NCBI RefSeq assembly: GCF_006345805.1
Contig: NW_021834482.1
Span: forward strand, 1 to 51,068
Direction of reading: 5' to 3'
DNA: 51,068 nucleotides
From: Octopus sinensis
Lineage: Eukaryota
The notes beneath the pieces were generated by a model. That model ran no database searches. It was not told the origin of the DNA and saw nothing but the letters and a program-made list of their open reading frames with translations. Of this stretch, positions 23,774 to 34,838 are shown in pieces. Each line of letters begins with the position of its first letter. Within the stretch, counting starts at the first letter, position 1. A program made the translations under genes and the position numbers.

Positions 23774-24006
23774 TGTTTCTTTACTACCCACAAGGGGCTA
23801 AACACAGAGGGGACAAACAAGGACAGACAAAGGGATTAAGTCGATTACATCGAACCAGTGCGTAACTGGTACTTAATTTATCGACTCCGAAAGGATGAAA
23901 GGCAAAGTCGACCTCGGCGGAATTTGAACTCGGAACGTAACCTACAGACGAAATACGGCTACGCATTTCGCCCGGCGTGCTAACGTTCCTGCCAGCTCGC
24001 CACCTT
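23774..24006 (-). mobile_element. SINE family A, full length (first of a tandem pair)
   Basis: Minus strand has A-box-like gagctggcaggaacgttagc and B-box gagttcaaattcc; near-consensus. Confidence 0.95.
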
Positions 24007-24023
24007 TCACAACGTTGTAACTA

Positions 24024-24255
24024 TATTTCTTTACTACCCACAAGGGGCTAAACATAGAGGGGACAAACAAGGACAGACAAACGGATTATGTCGATTATAT
24101 CGAACCCAGTGCGATCTGGTGCTTTATTTATCGACCCCGAAAAAATGAAAGGCAAAGTTGACATCGGCGGAATTTGAACTCGGAACGTAACGACAAACGA
24201 AATACGGCTACGCATTTCGCCCGGCGTGCTAACGTTTCTGCCAGCTCGCCGCCTT
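24024..24255 (-). mobile_element. SINE family A, full length (second of the tandem pair)
   Basis: Collinear with 23774-24006. The pair is flanked by tctcactgttata (23761) and tctcaccgttata (24256). Confidence 0.95.
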
Positions 24256-24294
24256 TCTCACCGTTATAAATAGCTATTTCAACACTTTGTTTAC

Positions 24295-24322
24295 TTGTAT
24301 GATTTAAATTCTAACTCTGCCA
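24295..24322 (-). CDS. Speculative 28-nt exon (xAELEFKSY)
   Basis: Minus: gaaattttctttgcAG|TGGCAGAG...ATACAA|GTaaac; one open frame. Confidence 0.13.
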
Positions 24323-24661
24323 CTGCAAAGAAAATTTCAGTGGGAAATCATTTCTGAATATTCTCTGTTGATTTCTTGAACGAATCCAAAATATCTATAA
24401 CGAGGCAGTAGCACGCAAGTAGTGGGCTTTTTCGCTTCTAAACCAATGTGAACTTTATATGTTACTGAGGACCTAGAAAGACGCCAACGAAGATTTATTG
24501 AGAGTAAACACTCCGACTATTAAAATCAACATTATCGATTATTAATACAATAATACTTTAGCAAATATAATCAGTAAAAGATACATAGTCCAGCAAGAGT
24601 ACGAGTAAATATTTGTTGTCACGTTCATGTGGTCATAAATTTCTCTAAAAATTGATGATAC

Positions 24662-24676
24662 CTGAATCGATGTGTA
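24662..24676 (-). CDS. Speculative 15-nt microexon
   Basis: Minus: gatattgatttttttcAG|TACACATCGATTCAG|GTatca; frame-preserving and open in all three phases. Confidence 0.15.
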
Positions 24677-24822
24677 CTGAAAAAAATCAATATCAACGAA
24701 GGGCTGATCCTTATTTTCTTGGAAACGTTACCACACTATTGTCGGGATAAAAAGTCATTCACGAAATCCTGATTACTTTACTGTCAAGAAGTATCATATG
24801 ATAGCAGTACCTGCATAATGTA

Positions 24823-25056
24823 TATTTCTTTACTACCCACAAGTGGCTAAACACAGTGGGGACAAACAAGGACAGACAAACGGATTAAGTCGATTACATC
24901 GACCCCAGTGCGTAACTGGTACTTAATTTATCGACCCCGAAAGGATGAAAGGCAAAGTCGACCTCGGCGGGATTTGAACTCGGAACGTAACGACAGACGA
25001 AATACGGCTACGCATTTCGCCCGGCGTGCTTAACGATTCTGGCAGCTCGCCGCCTT
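24823..25056 (-). mobile_element. SINE family A, full length with a 15-bp TSD
   Basis: Flanked by tacctgcataatgta (24808-24822) and tacctgcgtaatata (25058-25072), 13/15 identical. Confidence 0.95.
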
Positions 25057-25341
25057 CTACCTGCGTAATATAGCGCAGGTACCAATATGAGGAAAGGCAT
25101 GTGGTTTAGTGTATAGTAGGCGGGATTCTCGATCAGTGGATCGTGAGTTCGATTCCCAGCTCTGCTGCTTGGTTGAATCCTTGAGTAGGTATTTTTTTCA
25201 CGTTACTCCTGTACGATCAATTGAAAGTAAGTGCCAGTGACACCTAAAGGTTACCCTTCTGACGGACCTGCGGCACGTTTAGCTGGTGAGTGTTATACGC
25301 TCAGCGTAATGACCTTCAAAAACCTGAATAGACGGCAATAC

Positions 25342-25667
25342 CTATTTCGTTATTACCCACTAGGGGCTAAACATAGAGGGGACAAACAAGGACAGACAGA
25401 CGGATTAAGTCGATTCCATCGACTCCAGTGCGTAACTGGTACTTAATTTATCGACTCCGAAAGGATGAAAGGCAAAGTCGACCTCGACGGAATTTGAACT
25501 GACAACGTAACGACAGACGAAATACGGCTACGCATTTCGCCCGGCGTGCTAACATTTCTGCCAGCTCGCCGCCTTAAACACTTGCCCAAGGTGCCACGCA
25601 GTGGGACTGAACCAGGAACCATGTGGTTGGTAAGCAAGCTACTTACCACACAGCCACTCCTGCACCT
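25342..25667 (-). mobile_element. Composite insertion: SINE B head (25578-25667) fused to a full SINE A (25342-25575)
   Basis: Both parts are on the minus strand, and an exact 14-bp direct repeat atagacggcaatac lies at 25328-25341 and 25668-25681. Confidence 0.85.
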
Positions 25668-26439
25668 ATAGACGGCAATACGGTGAGCTTGCAGGCTCAG
25701 GCTCAGGCTCGCAAAGGGAATTAATTGAGGTGTTTCATAATCTGAAAGTTGTAATTATACTATACGGATTATTATTTCTTTGTTAAATTGCCCCAAACAG
25801 AAAACAGTAATATCTTAAAGTATACATTTTCGTCGTATATATAGTTATCACATGATGATGTGATAAAATTAGATAATCAAACATAGTAGAAACAATGATA
25901 CAGCATTCGTTGGTAGTCATGCATCGTATATTTACCAAAAGGCCACATGGGAAATACGAAACAGTAACATCAAGCTTTGTTCTTTTCATTTACCAATACA
26001 TATAACAAACGAAGAATTATCATATAAATACTAAATAAAATACAAAAAAAAAACCCCCAAAATTCTAGAAAACAGATCAGGTCGAAATAGATCTCACAAC
26101 TGCTTGCGTCTGACTTCAACTTTGAGAGACGTGCTTAATTCATTTAAAGAATATCATGGTTTTGTAAAAGGAAGAGATTTTAGAATAGCGGATTGTGACA
26201 AAACGCTTCAGGAATGACAACGTAGGAAACCCGAGCTTCCTCAATATTGCAAACGAAGCATTGTAAACTCAACTGAGAATTCTTACGATCTTCTCATTTA
26301 TTCATGATTCTTCAAATCAATGCGGTTTACTTTACTTTGCTAACTCACATAAATCCTCTCGCTCATTCTGTTAGGCTCTAAACTGACTCGTTATCTGTAT
26401 GTCTGTCTGTCTGTCTGCCCATCACTCGGTATCATATGT

Positions 26440-26751
26440 GAGTGTGTGCATATATGTATGCATGTATGTATGTATGTATGTATGTATGTATGTATGTATG
26501 TATGTATGTATGTATGTATGTATGTATATATATATATACTTATTATATATATATTTATATATATTTATATTATGCAAATATACACATATGCAGATGCACA
26601 CACGTACATTTAAATAAATTTGAATGTCTACGTACACACATGAATATCTATCTCTCTATCTATCCCTCATTATTCACACACACATATGTATATACAGACA
26701 CACACATATATTACATATGTATGCATGTATGTATGTATGTATGTATGTATG

Positions 26752-26800
<49 letters not shown>

Positions 26801-26815
26801 TATATATATCTATAT

Positions 26816-26847
<32 letters not shown>

Positions 26848-26880
26848 CATACATACCTACATACATGCGTGCATACATAC
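26440..26880. repeat. (TATG)n/(TA)n microsatellite field
   Basis: Directly visible. Confidence 0.85.
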
Positions 26881-27418
26881 GTATATATTCATGAATATTC
26901 ATATAATGCTACCTTAGGAAACAGCATAGTGAATAACAAATAATAATTTATACACCCTCAGGAGCAAACATGCAAACATTCACGTACGCAAGTACATATT
27001 TATGCAAACATTCGTACACATACAAACACACACAGCCACGAGTACACACATCCATCCATACATATATACATACATTTATACATACATTTACAAACACACT
27101 CGTAGTGACACATACAGACTGTTACTCATTACCGTATTTATGCAAAAGTACTCCTATACATGAAGGCAAATAATTCTCAGAAGCAGCACCTGATCTTTAA
27201 CACAGAACAAAGCAGACCTACTCTACTCAATCACATCACTATGGACGCCCTGACTATCTATATCTGTTCTCAAATAACAACATACATGATAGATAAGATG
27301 TTCCCTAAACGCTTCATTAACGCCATTTTCTTAACGTTTTATTCTGATGGACCCAAGATAAACGTCAAATGTCAGGAGAGTTTCAAAGTTTAAATGTCAT
27401 ACTAATAATATATAAATT

Positions 27419-27983
27419 AAATTTCTGCATCAAAGTAAATACATTAACAGTTCAAAGTTTTGTTAGATTTCTATCTTAGTACAGACACCCCCAACAGCGT
27501 TACGGTGACTTTGGGTTACAGGATTTTGTGCTTACGGAATTTGAAAAGCATGGTAACTAGTTAAATTTCCGTATCGAAGTGAATACATTAACAGTTCAAA
27601 GTTTCTCTTTCTTAGTACAGACACCTCCACCGCGTTACGGTGACTTTGGGTTACAGGATTTTGTGCTTACGGAATTTGCAAAGCATGGTCACTAGTTAAA
27701 TTTCCGCATCAAAGTAAATACATTAACAGTTGAAAGTTCTGTTTGATTTCTTTCTTAGTACAGACACCCCCACCGCGTTACGGTGACTTTGGGTTACAGG
27801 ATTTTGTGCTTACGGAATTTGCAAAAGATGGTCACTAGTTAAATTTCCGTATCGAAGTAAATACATTAACAGTTGAAAGTTCTGTTTGATTTCTTTCTTA
27901 GTACAGACACCCCCACCGCGTTACGGTGACTTTGGGTTACAGGATTTTGTGTTTACGGAATTTGCAAAGCATGATCACTAGTT
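27419..27983. repeat. Minisatellite, 4 units of about 143 bp (144, 135, 143, 143)
   Basis: Units start aaatttc at 27419, 27563, 27698 and 27841, with the conserved core cttagtacagacacc...gcgttacggtgactttgggttacaggattttgtg.ttacggaatttg. Confidence 0.97.
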
Positions 27984-28199
27984 TCGGGATACGGCCTGTA
28001 ATTTCACTCTTACGAAAACTATATTTGCTGCTTTGCTCAATCGCCACATAAGATTTAGTTAAGATCAAAATATATAGTTAAGGATTTGAAAAAAAATATT
28101 ATCATCATGTTACACACATACATTCACATACATACACATATAAATTACATAATATGAGTATATATATGTATGTATATATATATATATATATATAAATAT

Positions 28200-28728
28200 A
28201 AAGAAGTTTGAAAACGCCATTATATAAGATAAATTTTAATTTTCTTAGAAATTTTACATGTTTCGGTTCTTCTTGAAAAAACGAACCTTATCAAAAATAT
28301 TTTAAAAAGTTAAGTTCATAATTGTTTCTTGCTGGTCTCAACAGGATTCACGTGGATGTTTTTAGCTGTTTTGTGTTCTAATGACCCGCGGTTGAAATGG
28401 CAGTAGCAGCATGCCATTTCAGCCGCGGGTCATTCGAACACAAGACAGCTAAAAACAACCACGTGGATCCTGTTGAGACCAGCAAGAAACAATTATGAAC
28501 TTTTTATTACACTCAACTTGAAACTTACAGCTATTATACATACTACCGACAAAACACCACCACATGGATTCTATTGAGACCAGTAAGAAACAATTATGAA
28601 CTTTTTTATTACACTTAACTTTTTAAAATATTTTTGATAAGGTTCGTTTTTTCAAGAAGAACCGAAACATATAAAATTTCGAAGAAAATTAAAATTTATC
28701 TTATATAGTGGCGTTTTCAAACTTCTTT
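28200..28728. mobile_element. Foldback element of about 530 bp with an internal duplication in the right arm
   Basis: Outer arms of about 114 bp (3 mismatches), inner arms of about 88 bp (5 mismatches), and a 9-nt loop gtagcagca. An extra segment of about 110 bp in the right arm repeats ccac.tggat.ct.ttgagaccag.aagaaacaattatgaac. Confidence 0.9.
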
Positions 28729-28798
28729 TTAATAAATATATGCCCACTCGTATACGATCTACATTTATTATATATATATATATATATATCAATGTGTA

Positions 28799-29126
28799 GT
28801 GAAAGTGCATTGGTCAGTGGTTAGAGCGTCGGGCTTACGATCGTGCGGTCGTGTGTTCGAATCCTGGACCGGACTGCGTGTTGTGTTCTTGAGCAAGACA
28901 CTTTATTTCACGTTGCTCCAGTTCACTCAGCTGTAGAAATGAGTTGCGACGTCGCTGGTGCCTTTCCCTTGGATAACACTGGTGGCATGAAGAGGGGAGG
29001 CCGGTATGCATGGGCGACTGTTGGTCTTCCATAAACAACCTTGCCCGGACTTGTGCCTGGGCAGGTAACTTTCTAGGTGCAATCCCGTGGTCATTCATGA
29101 CCGACGGGGGTCTCAGCAGCTCAGCC
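28799..29126 (+). mobile_element. tRNA-derived SINE family D, full length with a 14-bp TSD
   Basis: A-box tggtcagtggttagagc, B-box gttcgaatcc, CORE-like tgtgttcttgagcaagacactt. Exact TSD tatatcaatgtgta at 28785-28798 and 29127-29140. Confidence 0.92.
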
Positions 29127-29259
29127 TATATCAATGTGTATGCATGTGTACATGCAGGTATATATGTATGTATGTAATATGTGTATGTGTGCGTGTGTAT
29201 TTGTATTGTAAACATCAACACAATCACCAACTGCAACAGTTATTTATAGTATGATGATG

Positions 29260-29382
29260 ATATTGATCGGAACATTGTGGTTTCGATTCCTGAACAGGGC
29301 GACGCGTTGTGTTCTTGAGCAAAACACTTCATTTCATGTTGCTCTAGTCCACTCAGCTGGCAAAAATGAGTAACACTGCGAT
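29260..29382 (+). mobile_element. SINE family C fragment
   Basis: Matches 9081-9202 (atattgatcg...ggtttcgattcct...cactcagctggcaaaa.tgagtaac.ctgcgat). Confidence 0.85.
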
Positions 29383-29505
29383 AACTAAATAATTCGTGTA
29401 TAATGAAAAACTTGACAAACAGAAAATGAAGTCAAAATTGTGCTGATTCGATGCGCATGACGGCATGGGCTGTGATCGGGTCCACACTTTCGTATATAAA
29501 TGAAC

Positions 29506-29892
29506 GGTTTGAACGGCAGTTTTTTCTAGCGGTGTCATATGAAATTGTCATCCATAATTATGACCCTAGTATCGATCTATTGCATTTCAGTTTGTTTTAG
29601 GGTTAGGGAAGGGTATCTTTTTTTTTCTTCAGAAATGTAAATAAACCCAATCTGTTTCTTAAACGAGGGTCATATTCATTCGGCACAGAATGTTTTTTAC
29701 CTCAATAGACCTCAATGATTGGTTGAAATTGCAGAAATTGAAGTAAAAAAGCCAACAAATATCTTACAAACTATAGAATTTTCTCAATAAAGCCAAGAGA
29801 AAAAGATGTTTTATAAACACATTCTACCAGTATACGAAGTTTAAAAGTGTTTAGTTACGTGGGAATTATTTAAAAAAACTGCCGGTCAAATC
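29506..29892. mobile_element. MITE-like element with inverted ends of about 20 bp
   Basis: ggtttgaacggcagttttt ... aaaaaactgccggtcaaatc (2 mismatches), with an internal tttagggttaggg. Confidence 0.55.
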
Positions 29893-30467
29893 GAAAAGAT
29901 CCACAATGTGTCGCAGGAAGATGTTACAGCCTATACATCCTATACGAACACTTCCATGAATATCATTAGCGGTTTAATCAGCTTGTGCAAATATCCGAAG
30001 ATGTAAAACCGTGTTAAATTATAAAGCAAGTTAACATTTATCCTATAATAAAGTACCACTTACCTCTGTGTTACGAATTATGAGTTACTGTTTTCGTCAT
30101 AGACAAAGTCATAAAAACAGGATTCTGATGTGTGTGTGGTAGATGATGATAAAAAACAAAGCTCAAAATGATATTAAAAAAATCCATTTTATTCTATTAT
30201 TTTATACATATTTTGTTTCAGTTTCATTTTGAAACAAGGTGATACGCTTTAGATATGGGAGTAAAATAAATGCTTGTATTTTAATTGATTGTTGTTTTTA
30301 TATTTCCTTAGATATTTAATTTACTTTTTTGAAAAAGGGAATTAAAAAATAGGATAATACAAACCAATAAAATCTAACTTTCTTTAATATATATATATAT
30401 ATGCATGTATGTATGTATTTCTGTATGCATGTATGTACGTACGCATGTATGTAGGTATACATATATA

Positions 30468-30507
<40 letters not shown>

Positions 30508-30707
30508 CACATATATGTATATATACAGAAATACGCATAAAAATATCTGTATACCTTCATAGACATTAAACTAAAACCTACGAAATCAATACGCATATAA
30601 AGGAATAATCTCTTGAAACTAATACCTGGCAGCGCCATTATTTAAAACACAGCTTCAAGCTTTAGATTAGATTTTGCTGTTTCCACTCTTGCAAAAATTA
30701 CATGTAT

Positions 30708-30776
<69 letters not shown>

Positions 30777-31317
30777 TATTTTCAATGAATTTCTAGTAAG
30801 CGCTTTTTTCTCTGTACAGGAACACACATAGAGCCACATACAGTTAGGAAAACAAACCTATTTTTAAAATCATGAAACAAACCGAGAAACAAATTCGAAA
30901 GCATATAGGAAATATATTTCTCTTCTAATGTTCCACATTATTGTTTGCTGTTACCGATGTTTAGATATATCCTTTTTTTTTTGTCCTTATTTCGTTTTAC
31001 GCTTTGAATTCGATTTGAATAGTTAAATAAAATGTTGTGTTTTGCTTTGAAATCAATTTAAAGTTTAATTTAGGAAGGTTACTTTGACAGTAGAATGTTA
31101 AAAAACTCGAGGTCAGGAATACGTTTAATGCAAGCATTTCGAACATTTAGTTTGCTAAATATAGATTTTGGGATTTACTGGATGTTTATTCTTATGAACA
31201 AACTTAATATTCTTGTACATTTACTGCACTTAATGTGTTATGTGTATCGTATACGATTTTCTCTCTAAAATATTTGCCCAATGCGCTTATCGAAAAATCA
31301 GTATAAATATATATTTA

Positions 31318-31540
31318 CTTCTTTACTACCCACAAGGGGCTAAACACAGAGGGGACAAACAAGGACAGACAGAGGCATTAAGTCGATTACATCGACCCCA
31401 GTGCGTCACAGGTATTTAATTTATCGACTTCGAAAGGATGAAAGGCAAAGTCGAACTCGGCGGAATTTGAACTCGGAACGTAACGACAGACGAAATACGG
31501 CTACGCATTTCGCCCGGCGTGCTAACGTTTCTGCCAGCTC
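31318..31540 (-). mobile_element. SINE family A
   Basis: Near-consensus copy missing the first few nucleotides; head-to-head with the SINE B at 31541. Confidence 0.93.
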
Positions 31541-31705
31541 AGGCGCAGGCGTGGTTATGTGAAGAAAATGCTCGCTTCCAAATCGCATGTTTTGGGGTTA
31601 AGTCCCACTACATAGCGTCCTCGGCAGATATCTTTTCACATAGCCTCGGGCCTAGGAAAAAATTGTGATTAGATTTGGTAGAAGGACTCCGAAAAAGCCG
31701 TGTGT
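31541..31705 (+). mobile_element. SINE family B, old degenerate 5' half
   Basis: aggcgcaggcgtggttatgtg...ggggttaagtcccact...atagcctcgggcc...atttggtagaagg. Confidence 0.65.
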
Positions 31706-31904
31706 GTATGGGGCGGGGTGTTTTTCGTAAATGTGTTGTTCCTCCCTCCACCACTAAAGTGTATTATATATACTATATAATACAGTTTGAGGAAGTTCCC
31801 TTCCTACGGCTGATTCCAGAGTTCATGTCTTGGTCGGAAACTTAATAAAAAAAAAACCTTACAAACCATGCAGAAAATGTCCCCTTCACCAGGAAAAGTA
31901 TACT

Positions 31905-32745
31905 CATAGAATCACATTCCCTGTTCGGCGATCTTTATGAGACATGAAACGAAGGAGCAATGCTTCCGTGAAATTCCGTTTTCTGTTGGGGAAAACAGTG
32001 GCTGAAACAGTTGTCATGCTTCAAACTACTTACAAGGAGACTGCCATGAGCAAAACACAAGTTTACGTGTGGTATTCACTCTTTAGGGTCGATCACTGGT
32101 CGCTAGAATACCACCCTCGTTCAGGGTGACAGTCGACCTCCCAACACGAATGAAAATAGCATGAAAACTCGTGAACTGATCGCGGAGGACTGTCGCCGAA
32201 CACTGGACAAATTTGTTGATATAACTGGTGTGCCCTGGAGCTCCTGTCAACAAATTTTGTGCGAGGAAATGCGAATGAAACGAATTGGAGCAAATTTTGT
32301 GCCTCGCCTGCTCACGGGAGATCAAAATTAGTCACGACTGATTGCATGTTGTGAACTGAATGAATCGTTAGAATTTGATCAGGATCATTTTCGAAGATCA
32401 TCCCTGGTGACGGAAGCTGGTGCTACGGAAAGTGCAGAAGTGGAAGATGCGAAGAAAAAACGATGAAGGCATCATTTCGCACTGCTCCAGCAAGGCTTCG
32501 AACAGTGAATATTTTTCGACCGATGCATTGCTTCAAATGGAGAATAATTTGTGACGTATATTTGCCATTTAAATATGGCTAACCCCTAAGGGTGGATGCT
32601 ACTGTAGTTTGTAGCCCCACGAGGACACCTCCTCTAGCTGGCTTTAGACACACTTTCTGTGCCCTGCGATGAAAATGAAAATATTTTAAACTGATTAAAT
32701 GAAGTAATACTGCAAAGTTCCGGTTTATTTTGGACACCCCTCATG
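31905..32745 (+). mobile_element. Internally deleted mariner element (same deletion as 8166-8985), interrupted by a 114-bp insertion
   Basis: The ORF at 31944 reads MKRRSNASVKFRFLLGKTVAETVVMLQTTYKETAMSKTQVYVWYSLFR..PRSG. It continues RIGANFVPRLLT and KIIPGDGSWCYG, then jumps to the C-terminus (DRCIASNGE). Right end ttccggtttattttggacacccctca. Confidence 0.88.
32552..32665. repeat. Unclassified dispersed repeat, copy C (truncated), nested in the mariner
   Basis: Reverse complement of about 3351-3463; absent at the orthologous position of the other mariner copy. Confidence 0.85.
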
Positions 32746-32749
32746 TGTT

Positions 32750-32886
32750 TGTGTATGTATGTATGTATGTATGTATGTATGTATGTATGTGTGTGTGTAT
32801 GTATGTGTGTAAATATGTATGTATGTATGTATGTATGTATGCATGTATGTATATTATATATATATATATATTATATATTATATATA

Positions 32887-32921
<35 letters not shown>

Positions 32922-32937
32922 CTGTCTCCTATCTATC

Positions 32938-32975
<38 letters not shown>

Positions 32976-33012
32976 ATAATATATATATGTATATCACTCT
33001 CTCTCTGTGTAT

Positions 33013-33046
<34 letters not shown>

Positions 33047-33098
33047 ATTACAAATACATACATTTATATGTATGTATGTATATATGTATGTATGGATG

Positions 33099-33131
<33 letters not shown>

Positions 33132-33140
33132 GCATACATA
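32750..33140. repeat. (TATG)n-(TA)n-(TATC)n microsatellite field
   Basis: Directly visible. Confidence 0.9.
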
Positions 33141-33602
33141 TAAACGTAAACACAATCATTGAAGCAGATTTATCATCTGTTACTGGAAAAAATGTCTTTC
33201 GTGTTAACTCTGGTATACATAATTTGTCTTTAACATTTCATTTTCTCCCAATCATATTTGTTAAATATTTGGATGGATTCCAGATATTAATTTTGCGCGA
33301 AATAAAAAGAGCATGTAAAAGTTGAAAAATGTCAAGACCCTGATCATCAATTAACATTCACATTAAATGTAGCCACATCTATACACGTACACAATGCATA
33401 CACGTATGCGCGCATACATACTTATATGGAAATTTACATACATATATACATACATACACACAAACACACACACACACGTATATATTTATATATTTACAGC
33501 CAATTCATACGCCCATACATACATGCATGCATGCATACATACATACATACATACATATATACATATATACATATATACATATATATATTATATATATATA
33601 TA

Positions 33603-33998
33603 CTCTTTTACTTGTTTCAGTCATTTGACTGCGGCCATGCTGGAACACCGCCTTTTTAGTCGAGCAAATCGACCCCGGGACTTATTCTTTGTAAGCCCAG
33701 TACTTATTCTATCGGTCTCTTTTGCCGAACCGCTAAGTGACAGGGACGTAAACACACCAGCATCTGTTGTCAAGCAATGCTACGGGGACAAACACACACA
33801 CACATACACATATATACATATATATACATATATACGACAGGCTTCTTTCAGTTTCCGTCTACCAAATCCACTCACAAGGCATTGGTCGGCCCGGGGCTAT
33901 AGCAGAAGACACTTGCCCAAGATGCCACGCAGTGGGACTGAACCCGGAACCATGTGGTTGGTTAGCAAGCTACTTACCACACATCCACTCCTACGCCT
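33603..33998 (-). mobile_element. SINE family B, full length
   Basis: Complete reverse complement from aggcgtaggagtggatgtgtggtaag to the tail aaacaagtaaaagag. Confidence 0.96.
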
Positions 33999-34003
33999 AT
34001 ATA

Positions 34004-34072
<69 letters not shown>

Positions 34073-34105
34073 GCGGAAATTCATATATATATATACAAAT
34101 TATAT

Positions 34106-34206
34106 TTTATATATAGAGAGGGCATTATACATACATGCCAGAAGGCATTATACATACAAGCCACACGCTTCTGGCATGTATGTATAATGCCCTCTCTATA
34201 TATAAA
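34106..34206. repeat. Perfect 39-bp inverted repeat with a 23-bp spacer
   Basis: 34106-34144 is the exact reverse complement of 34168-34206. Confidence 0.95.
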
Positions 34207-34351
34207 TTAATATGTTCAATAAGAAATAATTATTTTCGAAATTTTTTCTCTTATGAGGTTTTCACACGCTATCTACCTGACAATTTCTTGTTAAGTTTTC
34301 CTTATTAAGTATTTGTCCTTAATTGCTATACAAATATATATATATATATAT

Positions 34352-34390
<39 letters not shown>

Positions 34391-34503
34391 CATATACATA
34401 CATGTATAGGAATTATATATGAATACGTAAGCACATACATTTATATACATGAATATATAAATATATATATATATACATAAGTCTCTCTCCGTTTGTATGT
34501 ATG

Positions 34504-34564
<61 letters not shown>

Positions 34565-34838
34565 TATATATTTATATATATATACATTCATACATATGCA
34601 TTTATACACACACGCAAACGTTCTTTGAATGATAGTCGATCATGATATTTTTCTATTTTGGAAATATTGACATTTGGTGATATTCCGTTTGATTCCTGTT
34701 TCTTAAAGAAAATTAAACTGGTAAAATTAAAGAAACATTAAAACATAAAATATATGTGTGTATATTTACTGTTGTTATGTAATCTTTTAAATCTATTTGA
34801 TGTGAATAAAGATAAATCAAAAATGAATATTTATATCC

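Noticed and set aside
27419-27983. Regular repeat array considered as a CRISPR or coding repeat
   Set aside because: Contiguous units of about 143 bp with no unique spacers, a eukaryotic context, no cas genes, and a period not divisible by 3.
28799-28880. tRNA gene (also 9046-9120, 25090-25165, 46843-46905)
   Set aside because: A and B boxes are present, but there is no complete cloverleaf or acceptor stem; these are SINE heads.
29598-29612. TTAGGG repeats as an interstitial telomere
   Set aside because: Only two units, inside a MITE-like element.
30063-30124. Minus-strand segment with a consensus GAG|GTAAGT donor
   Set aside because: All three frames contain stops; no support as a coding exon.
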